Shown here piece after piece: positions 49,667 through 61,524 of a stretch of DNA of 64,000 bases (the stretch's first letter is position 1; every line of letters starts with the position of its first letter). The notes beneath the pieces are model-generated. The model was not told the DNA's origin and ran no database searches. It saw only the letters and a list, made by a program, of their open reading frames with translations. This DNA comes from Leptogorgia sarmentosa (lineage: Eukaryota), in NCBI GenBank assembly GCA_964658305.1, contig OZ210884.1, positions 3,596,001 through 3,660,000 of the forward strand. The letters are read 5' to 3'. Both the position numbers and the translations under genes were made by a program.

Positions 49667-52600
49667 AAGGTCGTTTCGGTTTCCAACACCCGCTGCCGAA
49701 GCTCTGCATTCTCTCTATGCATAGTTTCCTCTCTATCTTCTTTGCTGCCCTGCATCGTGCCAAACGTATCCTTCGCACTTCTTTCTGACTCTGTTTTCGC
49801 TCTTCTTTCTGTTTTTGCTCCATAAGGCCGGTGCCTGTCGTCGAGACAGTCGAGTCCCCCATCAAACTCTATGTTGGGCCAGTCGGCGTTGGCCATTACA
49901 TCTCTGAAGAGATTCTCGTCCCATGGTGCATTCGTTGGCGGCTGCTCAGTCGTTCCCTGATGAAGGATTGATTGGACATCCAGCCATTGTTCAGGGTGGT
50001 TTACCAGCAAATGGTCTACCACAGCTTTCATAGTCGTTTCGGTTTCCAACACCTGCTGCCGAAGCTCCGCATTCTACCTCTGCATAGCCTCCCACTCTAT
50101 CTTCTTTGTGGCCCTGTATCGTGCCAAACGTATCCTTCGCACTTCTTTCTGACTCTGTTTTCGCTCTTCTTTCTGTTTTTGCTCCATACGGCCGGTGCCT
50201 GTCGTCGAGACAGTCCAGCCCCCCCAAACTCTATGTTGGGCCAGTCGGCGTTGGCCATTACATCTCCGAAGAGATTCTTGTCCCATAGTGCATTCGTTGG
50301 CGGTTCCTCAGTCGTTCCCTGATGAACGATTGCTTGGACATCCAGCCATTGATCAGGGTGATTTACCAGCAAATAGTCTAAAACGGCTTTCATAGTTGTT
50401 TCCGTTTCCAACACCCGCTGCCGAAGCTCCGCATTCTCCCTCTGCATAGTCTCCCACTCTAGTTTCTTTGTTGCCCTGTATCGTGCCGAACGTATCCTTC
50501 GCAGTTCTTTCTGACTCTGTTTTCGCTCTTCTTTCTGTTTTTGCTCCATACGGCCGGTGCCTGTCGTCGAGACAGTCGAGTCCCCTCTCAAACTCTATGT
50601 TGGGCCAGTCGGCATTGGCCATTACACTGTAAAACTGGGGGAGTAAAAATTACTCTAAAAAGTGGGGTAAATTTCATGTCCAATGAATGCCCCGGGTTTT
50701 GAGAGTAATTTTGCGCAAAGAGTAATTTTTACCCCCCTATAAAAGGGGTAATTTTTACCCCCAAATGAAATGGGGTAATTTTCACCCGCATAAAAATGGG
50801 GTAATTTTTACTCTCTTACCAAATGGGGTAAATTTTACACTTCTACCAAAGATGGGTAATTTTTACTCCTGGTACTCAACGGGGCAATATTTTACTACAA
50901 TTTGAATTAAAGTAATTTCGGCAGGAACCTGCGTGAGTAATGATACATCGAACTTCACTTGTAGTACTCCAATTTTATTATTGTAATACACAATACACAC
51001 GTCTATATAGCGGGTCAATTTATTAGAGTATTTTAAAATCTATTTAAAATTAACAACAAACATAAAAGTTCATTCGAGCGCGCAATATTCCCAGCAGTAG
51101 AATCATGCAGAAATTTTGCAGTGATATTTTGCATTGTCTTTCCATTCTTGAGGACAGGAGATTTTGGAATTGTAACGCCAAAACCGCTCTTGATGACCTT
51201 TTCTCGCGCAATTTCTCCTCTTGCTCCAAGAAACAACCTGCTCAGTGTGTCTGGTCAGTTTGGATTATCCTAAAATGTTGAATGCATGACAACAGCTCTT
51301 AAGTTGAACAACTTGGACAATTAAGTGTGGAACTTGAGCAAAAAAATCAAAGTTAACATTCAACATTCAGGTATATTCATACATGCATCGCATAACTTCA
51401 AAACTCGCTTCGTAATTAGGTAGACGTTTGTGTTGATTTCCTACCCATTACGTGTAGAATATTTCATCGATTTCATATTTTGAAGCCCAATTTTATTCCA
51501 GCGAGGAATTCATACATCATATTTTTTTCTTTTTGGCATGCAAGCAGAACCTATGAGGAATTAAAATTGCAACCTTCGCAAGGCGTGACGCCTCAACGTT
51601 CTGTTTCAGGTCGAGACAACCCGAAACTTCAGCACGGCGCAAAATTCATTCCTAGTAGGTATGCATTCAGTGCATGCTAGTTAAATTAGAATTGTTCTCA
51701 TTAAATTGAAACTTCTCCACTTCGCAAGGCGTGCCGCCTCAACGTTCTGTTTCAAGTCGTGCCAACTCAAAACTTCAGCACGTGAAGAGTTATTTCAATT
51801 CATATTCAAACAATCTGCGACCAAACGAATTTCAAATTTTTATGAGATACACTACATAAAATGGTTAGGATTATAGGAGATCTTCATGCGACTTGAACAT
51901 ATGCGATGTAATGATATTTAGTCTCTCCAGATCTACATATATTATACACAAAGCCTGATGCCTGATGCTTTGGAAAATATACAAATGAGCTATATCATGT
52001 TTGCATGTATTATTTACAGAATAAGAGCGTGGCCATTATATCACAAAAAACAGTAAGTTGGGTCTGTTCTTAATGAACACATCATCTTAATAGTTCCATA
52101 TCGAGGTTCATAATAAAGTGATGCGTGTGTAGTTTATATATAGGAACTGATAATTTCCTTACCCACTAGGCATGCATACTGAAACATGAATCACGCCACA
52201 CAATCACCGCATAAGATTTAAAAAACAGGTATACAAGTTCTAATAAATTTTACATGACTTTTACATGAGCAAAAGCATTTAACAAAACTGTTGATTTTGA
52301 AGAGTTTCAACATACAAAATTACACACACACAATTTAATAGCACCGAATGCTGTTATTGATCAAACCCGCATTTTTTGCATTCCAACAACGCAAATGAAC
52401 CTTAACCTTGATCAGTTTGTGGCAACAACACGCAATATTTGAACGTGGAATTCAGCAATATATAGAGTATAATAAACTTTAAAAGCTTTTATGATTTCAT
52501 AGCAACTATATATACTACAATGTAAGAGTCAGCCGGAATGTAATAAGCCATGCATATATATAAATATAATTGATACTTGACGAAGAGTGAAGAGATTTGG

Positions 52601-54208
52601 CTAGGTGTTGCCACCGAATTTATTGCTTATGTTTATGTTAGCGCGCCGACATACATAAACCATCGGATTCAGTGCGCATTGGCGGCGATAAGTTCGTTCA
52701 TAAAAGTACAACTTACAAATCACGCAGAAATTATACAATGTTAATCAACGCACATATATTGTTGAATTGAATATATATTGATCTACTCAGAGTCAGATTT
52801 CGCGACAGCGACGCTTGTATGTATAAACATGCAGTGTATCAAACAAATAAGAAGCGCTTACCTGTGAAACGCGTTGATGTTATACAAACCCAACACTGCT
52901 TTGATCACGAACGAAGATGAAGCGCGAAAGAGGAGAAGCCTGATTGTTTCGTTATTTTACCATCGTAATTCAGCGCCAAAAATGCGCATTCACTGATTGG
53001 TAGATTTGAAACACGTGGACACAGAAGAGTTAATCATTGTGTCACGACTTGATAAATTTACAAACATTTGTTTCTATTGCTGTCAGATTAAATTTGATAT
53101 GTGGACAAATGCGCAACATGCAAGACTACAAATTTAGAATTACATTTTGAAATATTGTAAGGCCTTTGCGCGCACGTAATACAAAAGTATACAAAATCCG
53201 CAAAATTTCCATGACTGTATATTCTATGCATATTGTGAAATATTTTGCAACCAAACTTCACAGCAAACCTTTCCGAGCAAATGTGCTGCTCTGTGTACAA
53301 ATACTACGTCTATTCAAAGTAATAATCACAGTATGAGAATTATTAAACTATTTGTCCTTTCAGCTTCACTTTTTAACATTTATATGTGAGGCGCAATAAC
53401 ATAGCTTCATTCACATTTCATAACAATGGCAAAAGCTACACATTGAATACACGGCGGGGAAAGAAACGTAGCGCGCTTTCGTCGATAAAGACGGTAATTA
53501 AACACTTCAAAAATAATGAATAATGTCGTTCGGCTTACCTTGTTATTTGCCAAAAGTGGACCGTTTATTCAACACCATTAGTAAATGATAAATGTTGGAT
53601 AATAGCTTGCGGAATTTCAGTATTGCCAGCGCAGAAATAGCTTAGAAATCTCGGCGCTCCTTATTGTCGCCGCCATCTTGAAAAATTGGGGGGTAAGCGT
53701 GGGGTAATTTTTACCCCTTTTTATTTTACACCCGAGTTACACCGCAATCAACTACCCTCGTAACAGGGGTAAAATTTACCCCATGTCAAATTACTCTTCT
53801 ATATTCTACCCCTAAAGTACAAATTACCCTCAATTCGGGAGTAATTTCTACCCCAAAATAGATTACTCCTCTTACATGGGTAATAGTTACTCTCCGAAAG
53901 AGTAATATTTACTCCTCCAGTTTTACAGTGTACATCTCCGAAGAGATTCTCGTCCCATAGTGCATTCGTTGGCGGTTCCTCAGTCGTTCCCTGATGAACG
54001 ATTGATTGGACATCCAGCCATTGATCAGGATGGTTTACCAGCAAATGGTCTAAAACAGCTTTCATAGTTGTTTCGGTTTCCAACACTAGCTGCCGAAGCT
54101 CCGCATTCTCCCTCTGCATAGTCTCCCACTCTATTTCCTTTTTTGCCCTGTATCGCGCCGAACGTATCCTTCGCACTTCTTTCTGACTCTGTTTTCGCTC
54201 TTCTTTCA
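49667..54208 (-). pseudogene. Tandem ~363-bp units encoding a bZIP-like basic/coiled-coil peptide with acidic tail, array A (interrupted by a transposon)
   Basis: About 3.4 units after removing 50625-53930. Unit peptide: MEQKQKEERKQSQKEVRRIRSARYRA.KK.EWETMQRENAELRQRVLETETTMKAVL...EEPPTNALWDENLFGDV. Indels shift frames between units. Confidence 0.65.
50625..53930. mobile_element. 3.3-kb non-autonomous EnSpm/CMC (CACTA-type) DNA transposon
   Basis: TIR CACTGTAAAACTGG / CCAGTTTTACAGTG, TA duplication (50623-24, 53931-32) splitting ggccatTAcatctcc of the repeat unit, and subterminal GGGGTAATTTTTACCCC repeats at both ends. No transposase ORF seen. Confidence 0.93.
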
Positions 54209-54650
54209 AACGAACGATTTTCCTATTAGTTGGAAAATAATGAACATTTTATTTGAACATTTTAAAAACTGTTACATGCAAAGAATTACTATTAAAATTG
54301 GCTTAAAATGTCATCAAATGTTAAATTGAAGTCATCATTTAAAAACGGTTCTTCTTAAAAATAAAAATTGTTCCACTCCAAGGAGGCCAAGAGGTCATCA
54401 CGCCAGGTGAAGGCTAGATCGTATGAACTATTATAACTACTTTTCAGCATGCACAAATAGCATAACTGTGAAAGTAAAATAAAAACACACATATGTAGCT
54501 ATAGGTTTTTTGAACATTTATTTTTCAACATCATTCATATTTTCAAGCACCACATTAAAGACACTGTAAGAGAAAACAAATAAATACATAAATAAAAATT
54601 CTAGATCATGTGATAATGTTTTATGTGAATGCTTAGATAGCGTAAATATT

Positions 54651-55084
54651 CATACATACTTAAAAAGGTCTATCCAGAAGTCAACGTCGTTCATCAGCGA
54701 CGTGACTCTTTCATCTGATTCTCTAATACAAAAAAAAACAAGGAGAAGACATGAAAAGTTAGTAATTGTAAAGAGTGTATTTTCTAAATGTATATCAAAG
54801 AATGTATTTGAGACATACTTGCAAATATTACATATAAATCTTTCCCCGAAGGGAAGATCTGCGATATCATTTATGTGGACCCGATGTCCACATCACGGCA
54901 TTACCGTGGGCCCCTTACACGTGCCGCAGTATTCGATGGCTGAAAACATAGATTTGCTATTAGTGGGAATCTCACAACTATATCGTACATTTAAATGAAG
55001 ATAAAAATAAAAAAAAGAGAAAAAAAAGGGAAAAAAAAGAAAGGTTAGGTTTTGTAGATATATACCTCCTTGACTCGTTGCCAT
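54651..55084 (-). pseudogene. Small RING-like zinc-finger gene copy 1 (in-frame stop)
   Basis: MATSQG|intron 55065-54940|AIEYCGTCKGPTVMP*CGHRVHINDIADLPFGERFICNICK. TGA stands where the paralogs have Ser. Confidence 0.65.
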
Positions 55085-55308
55085 TTCGGGTGTAAGGTGC
55101 CAGCTGTGAGTCTATACGTGTAAGACGGCTAAATATATACGATATGTTTTGCATTAATTTAGGTCTAATGATCTGTATGAAGTGACTTTTATTGCATATA
55201 AATGACAAAAACCTATACAACTATAAATTAATTATTAGTCCTTTATTTTACCGTAACGATCGTTAATTTATCAGATATTGCCATACATATTTTGTAAACT
55301 GTATAGAC

Positions 55309-55714
55309 TTTATGGCATACACACACATACAAACTTCAACATTGAAATCCAAAAATCGAAGTCGTTCAAGAACGACGTGACTCTGTCATTGAACTTTTTG
55401 TATTACAACAACAAGAAGAAGACATGAAATTTAGTAATTTTCAAGAGTGTATTTTCAATTTGTATATCTAAGATTGTATTTGAGACATACCTGCGTTTGC
55501 TACAATAAAAATTTTCCCCAAAGGGAAGCTCGCTTGCATCATTCAAATGGACGAGGTGCACACACGATGGCATAATAACTGGTCCCTTGCATGTAGGACA
55601 GAATTCGATGCCTGAAAACATAGATTTGCTATTAGTGGGAATCTCAACAACTATATCATACATATAATTGAATAAAAAAAGATTTATAGATATACCTCCT
55701 CGATTCGAAGCCAT
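55309..55714 (-). CDS. Small RING-like zinc-finger gene copy 2 (possibly degenerate)
   Basis: MASNRG|intron 55695-55612|GIEFCPTCKGPVIMPSCVHLVHLNDASELPFGENFYCSKR. There is a probable second intron (GTATGT at ~55490) before RVTSFLNDFDFW. The last Cys is replaced by Arg. Confidence 0.5.
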
Positions 55715-55841
55715 TTTCATGTGCAAGGTGCAAACTGTGAGTCTATACATATATGACGGCTAAATATATACGTTTTGTTTTGCATTAATTTAGTTCTAAT
55801 GATCTATATAACGTGACTTTTATTGTCTATAAATGATAAAC

Positions 55842-56420
55842 CTATACAATTATTAGCTGTGTACGTGGAGGTCGGTTGGTCGAATGTGGAGGTCGGTTGG
55901 TTGAACGTTGAGGTCGGTTGGTCGAATGTGGAGGTCGGTTGGTTGAACCTGGAGGTCGGTTGGTTGAATGTGGAGGTCGGTTGGTTGAACGTGGAGGTCG
56001 GTTGGTTGAACATGGAGGTCGGTTGTTTGAATGTGGAGGTCGGTTCGTTGAACGTGGAGGTCGGTTGATCGAATGTGAAGGTCGGTCCACCATACCTTGT
56101 CGGTACAACCCTTTGAAATCATCGCCATTCGCATGGTAGAGCCTGGTTAGATAACGCTTCAGCGCCCTAAATCGTACCAACTCATTCTTTGCCTGAAGTA
56201 GATTTCTTCGGGCCCTTTCGGCCCCTTTTGTCTTTCCTTGCTGTGGTGTAATCTCTGGGACCACAACGAGGTATGTTTCCCCAAACTCGGCGATGATCGT
56301 AGGGTCTAGAGCGATAATATATCGCTCTAGAGCCTTTGGTCGCTCAATCTCTCTTTTCGCCTTAAGCCTGTTTTGTCGCAATCTCTCCGCTGCTTTGTTC
56401 TTTTTTTCTACGGTATTCAT
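55842..56420 (-). CDS. Hypothetical protein with two basic helical repeats; C-terminus runs into the minisatellite
   Basis: KNKAAERLRQNRLKAKREIERPKALERYI and KTKGAERARRNLLQAKNELVRFRALKRYL are internal repeats. TATAAA lies about 35 nt upstream of the ATG. Confidence 0.55.
   Translation of the reverse strand: MNTVEKKNKAAERLRQNRLKAKREIERPKALERYIIALDPTIIAEFGETYLVVVPEITPQQGKTKGAERARRNLLQAKNELVRFRALKRYLTRLYHANGDDFKGLYRQGMVDRPSHSINRPPRSTNRPPHSNNRPPCSTNRPPRSTNRPPHSTNRPPGSTNRPPHSTNRPQRSTNRPPHSTNRPPRTQLIIV
55864..56085. repeat. 21-bp minisatellite TGGAGGTCGGTTGGTTGAA(T/C)G
   Basis: About 10 tandem copies. The same unit occurs at 58848-59012 and 59127-59200. Confidence 0.97.
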
Positions 56421-56510
56421 ATTGAATGTTCACTTGCCCCTTAGGCCAGGGTTTATATCATATTGCCGATGAACACGTGACCTATTGTGATTTTCTGACG
56501 CCTGCTGAAA

Positions 56511-56791
56511 TTACCTGCTTGATTTATCCGTTTTATTAAATGTGCGGCATTGGCTGCATCTCACTGTTCCGGGCGTTGAGCTTCTTGCTGCCCACCGTCG
56601 AAAACACTCTGCTTTGGCTCTTTGACGGCAGCAGTCCACCGTCATGGCCAACATTTCTTTTTTTCAATGTCTTCATAGCAGAAGTAGCACCGTCCTTTCT
56701 CGTCTTTATTTTCCGTTAAAATTGCAAAGAGAGGAATGATAGTTGTGTACATCTCGTCTTCTGGTTCGGGTAGTTTACCTAACTTTGCCAT
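56511..56791 (-). pseudogene. Frameshifted RING-finger-like ORF
   Basis: MAKLGKLP...GRCYFCYEDIEKK/[A7 run, 1-nt shift]/EMLAMTVDCCRQRAKAECFRRWAARSSTPGTVRCSQCRT. Two TATAAATA boxes lie immediately upstream (~56823-56848). Confidence 0.6.
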
Positions 56792-57021
56792 TTCGACGTG
56801 TCCTTGATGTTGATGAGGAATAGTATTTATACTAGTAAATTATTTATACTAGATTCATCGTACACCGATGAATGATACGTCATAACCATGCTTATTTTGT
56901 TTGGTTGACTGTGTTTGATGGATAGAGGGGGACCTGTGAAATATATGTCATAAATCGTATTTGTTTCTGATTGGTCAGCCGTGTTGAATGAAGAATATAA
57001 ATAGAGAAGCCATGATCGTTT

Positions 57022-57978
57022 TCATTCCGTACCTTGATCAAGGATTGACTGGACTTCCAGCCATTGATCAGGGTGGTTTACCAGCAAATGGCCTAACACA
57101 TTCTTCATAGTTGTTTCCGTTTCCAACACCCGCTGACGAAGCTCCGCATTCTCCCTCTGCATAGCCTCCAACTCTACTTCTTTGTGGCCCTGCATCGTGC
57201 TAAACGTATCCTTCGCACTTCTTTCTGACTCTGTTTTCGCTCTTCTTTCTGTTTTTGCTCCATACGGCCGGTGCCTGTCGTCGAGACAGTGGAGTCCCTC
57301 CTCAAACTCTATGTTGGAACAGTGGGCGTTGACCATTACATCTCCGAAGAGATTCTCGTCCCATAGTGCATTCGTTGGCGGTTATTCAGTCGTTCCCTGA
57401 TGAACGATTGATTGGACATCCAGCCATTGATCAGGATGGTTTACCAGCAAATGGTCTAAAACAGCTTTCATAGTTGTTTCGGTTTCCAAAACTAGCTGCC
57501 GAAGCTCCGCATTCTCCCTTTGCATAGTCTCCCACTCTAGTTTCTTTGTTGCCCTGTATCATGCCGAACGTATCCTTCCCACTTCTTTCTGACTCTGTTT
57601 TCGCTCTTCTTTCTGTTTTTGCTCCATACGGCCGGTGCCTGTCGTCGAGACAGTCGAGTCCCCCCTCAAACTCTATGTTGGGCCAGTCGGCGTTGGCCAT
57701 TACATCTCCGAAGAGATTCTCGTCCCATAGTGCATTCGTTGGCGGTTCCTCAGTCGTTCCCTGATGAACGATTGATTGGACATCCAGCCATTGATCAGGA
57801 TGGTTTTCCAGCAAATGGTCTAAAACAGCTTTCATAGTTGTTTCGGTTTCCAACACTAGCTGCCGAAGCTCCGCATTCTCCCTCTGCATAGTCTCCCACT
57901 CTATTTCCTTTTTTGCCCTGTATCGCGCCGAACGTATCCTTCGCACTTCTTTCTGACTCTGTTTTCGCTCTTCTTTCA
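57022..57978 (-). pseudogene. Tandem ~363-bp bZIP-like units, array B
   Basis: About 2.6 units. The right junction ctttcaaacgaacgattttcc is identical to that of array A (offset 3770 bp). Confidence 0.65.
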
Positions 57979-58366
57979 AACGAACGATTTTCCTATTAGT
58001 TGGAAAATAATGAACATTTTATTTGAACATTTTAAAAACTGTTACATGCAAAGAATTACTATTAAAATTGGCTTAAAATGTAATCAAATGTTAAATTGAA
58101 ATCATCATTTAAAAACGGTTCTTCTAAAAAAAAGAAATTGTTCCACTCCAAGGAGGCCATGAGGTCATCACGCCAGGTTCCTGAGTCGGGGTCTCTTCGG
58201 GGGCTTCTTCCAGGGCTTTTTCCGTGAAAGACGACAGCTGAAGGCTAAAACGTATGAACTATTATAACTATATACTTTTCAGCATTCACAAATAGCATAA
58301 CTATGAAAGTGAAATAAAAACACATATGTATAGGTTTTTGAACATTTATTAAAATGTTATATAAAA

Positions 58367-58701
58367 ATGTTACTTTTTTTTCCTTCACTGAATTGAAGAC
58401 ATTCAACATCTCCATCGAAAAATCGAAGTCGTTCAAAAACGACGCGATTCTTTCATCATATTTTCTATTACTACAACAACAAAAACAAGACTCATAAGTT
58501 AGTAATTGTCAAGAGTGTATTTTCTATTCGTATATCATAGAATGTATTTGAGACATACTTGCATTTACTGCAATAAAAATTTTCCCCAAAGGGAAGATCA
58601 CTGACATCGTTTAGGTGGACGAGATGCCCACATGAGGGCATCATTGTTGACCCCGCCTTGAATGAAGGACAGAATTCGATGGCTCCTTGACTCGTTGCCA
58701 T
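58367..58701 (-). CDS. Small RING-like zinc-finger gene copy 3 (intron 1 absent; possibly pseudogene)
   Basis: MATSQGAIEFCPSFKAGSTMMPSCGHLVHLNDVSDLPFGENFYCSKCK. The second Cys is replaced by Phe. The 3' end is approximate. Confidence 0.5.
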
Positions 58702-58940
58702 TTCAGGTGCAAGATGCCAGCTGTGAGTCTATACATGTATGACGGCTAAATATAAACGTTTTGTTTTGCATTGATTTAGTTCTAATGATCTATATGAAGT
58801 GACTTTTATTGCCAATAAATGATAGACCTATACAATTATTAGCCGTGAACGTGGAGGACGGTTGGTCGAATGTGGAAGTCGGTTGGTCGAATGTGGCGGT
58901 TGGTTGAATGTGGAGGTCGGTTGGTTGAACTTGGAGGTCG

Positions 58941-59316
58941 GTTGGTTGGATGTGGAGGTGGGCTGGTTGAATGTGGAGGTCGGTTGGTTGTATGTGGAGG
59001 TCGGTTGGTTGAAAGTTATTTTTTCCCATATCTTGCCGTTGTTGTCGGGTAGGATACGCCTGGTTGCGGAAGTAATTAGTATGCAAAACGTTGCGCCTAA
59101 AGTAATTATAGTATGCTGAAAGTAGCGAGTTGGTTGGATGTGGAGGTGGGCTGGTTGAATGTGGAGGTCGGTTGGTTGTATGTGGAGGTCGGTTGGTTGA
59201 AAGTTATTTTTTCCCATATCTTGCCGTTGTTGTCGGGTAGGATACGCCTGGTTGCGGAAGTAATTAGTATGCAAAACGTTGCGCCTAAAGTAATTATAGT
59301 ATGCTGAAAGTAGCGA
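58941..59316. repeat. 188-bp tandem duplication including minisatellite units
   Basis: tggttggatgtggaggtgggctgg...gtatgctgaaagtagcgagt occurs at 58943 and 59131. Confidence 0.9.
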
Positions 59317-61524
59317 GTAATTAGTATGCAAAAAGTAGCGTAAAAGTTGCTATCATATATAAACGATTTTCCAATTAGTTGGAACATATGAAAATTTAGT
59401 TGAACATTTTTAAACACTGTTATAAAGATTGCTAATAAAATTGATTAAAAAGTCTTTATTACAAACAATATTTGCGAAAGTGCAAAAAGTGTCCACGTTC
59501 TAGCGTTAAGACAAATTTTCCTTCCCTTAGTGGCTGTGAAAAAAAATACAACAAAAACAATAAAAGCTTTGTCTTCAAGTAAAAACTGGCAAATTATCAT
59601 TGAAAATAACCCGTTTTTTTTATTTCCTTCTATCATAACGGTATCGATATGCGTTAAATTTTTGTAAACGTATTTATTTGATTATATGTTTTTAATTACC
59701 TTAATATTGCCAGGGCTGCATGCACAATAAATACGTTTTCCCCATTAAATAACAGACTTATTCACGTACCGGCGCCGAATGCAACATTGGAAATAAAAGA
59801 ATTACCATGAGAAACGAGCTTTTTCTTTCGGGAAAAATGTTTTCACGAAGTGAATGGAGAAACTAAAATTGAGTCAGTCAACCAAATATGAAATTAATTC
59901 CATTTCAGCTTTCCTGATTTAAATTGAATTCTATAAAAAATAACCCAAAACCTGTACTGGTGAGTCGCAGAAAATATTTTCCAATGTCATTTTAAAATTC
60001 GTAAATTGTATGCTTGCTTTTGTCTGTTGCGATTGCGCGCACAAAATTTAATTTTTTTTCGTTTGAAAACAGTTGAATGACGCAATGTGATAGTGGCGAG
60101 CTAATACACCAATGTGCTTCTCTCTTTCTATTTTCGAACCCATATTTTTGGGTCGTTAAACTCCTTTGATGGAAAACTCCTTGCTGTCAAATGCTTATTT
60201 TTTGTATGTATGTTGTGTGAAATTCAACAACTAAATTTTAATATCTTCTCTTTTATATTATGTTATGTGTTGAATTTTGTGTTTTTTCCATTCACCAATT
60301 GTAATGTTTTTTCCCGGACACGATTCTTCTCTTTTGCTTGACTTTGCCATTATGTGACTATCGAGTTGAGTTGCAATTATCAGAAACTTTGTCAGATTAC
60401 AAGAGCAAGGTGGAGACTTCCATTTGGTGGACACTTGAGAAAGAAATCAATACGTATACGTGATGCAGCTACATGTTAACCGACTGCTTGATGATGAAAA
60501 CAATTTTGAGTGACGATGCAATTTCCCTGGAGTAACCTGGAAATGCACTAAGCTTTCAAAGCTTCGTTTGGACAGCATGTTGTTCAAACTACAAAGAAAA
60601 GACCATCGTACGAACAGGCTGAAGTAGAAACGAACTCATTATAGAATAAACATTTTCAAATTCCCAGAAAAGTATTTATCCGAACGGTCACTTAAAAGTG
60701 ATCCAATTGTGCTATTATTTGTTGCATTATTGTTAATACGGGTTGTTTACTTCATGTAATATATGAGAAAAATGTTCAAATTTTCAACCGCCTTTTCCAA
60801 CAGTTAAGTGCTTACTTGAATAGTAGCTGTAGATGAAAGAAACAAAATAAATCTCGGACACTACGAGGGGAATGTACAGCTAAATATAACAGCGTTATAG
60901 TTCTTACAAACACTTGCTGGTTTTTTAATTTTTTTTGTACAGAGAAATGTAAATTAAAAGATGTAAAAAATAATATGGTTGATGCGTTGGTTTAATTAGT
61001 ATAACTATATCCAAAACTGACCTTACTTCAATTCTTGATCACTCGAACGAAACTTGTTTACTTGTTGAGCCCCTTGGGCTGAATTTTGGGACTATAAATT
61101 AAAGATGTTGTCATATATTCAATGAAATGCAAAACCTCGCACACTAAATAAATTTAAAAAATGAACATGCTCAGTCAGTACATCTCGACTGAGATAGCAA
61201 GAGATGGCAAGATACCGATCTAAGCCGTATTTTAACGTCATTTTATAAGATATACACTGTGGTGCTCTAGACAGTTAAAGCCGGAATAGATGTCGCTAAA
61301 ACCCAAGGACATGTTCATTTTTTAAATTCATTATCAGCCTAACTAATGCAATAACAAAGAATAAATATGCATGACGTTAAGCGAAACAATCTCACCTTTT
61401 TTAACGCCACGTCTTCGTCATCAATCTGATACGCGTCCAACCAGTTAAAAATACTAGCACCTGGATTAGCCCTTGATCATGATCATTATGCGCTTTTCTT
61501 TTTCAAAATGAAGGTCTACATTTA

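Noticed and set aside
55804..56139. Multiple ORFs (NQPTSTF / VEVGWLN / QPTDLH repeats), likewise 58790-59417
   Set aside because: The 21-bp minisatellite is open in most frames.
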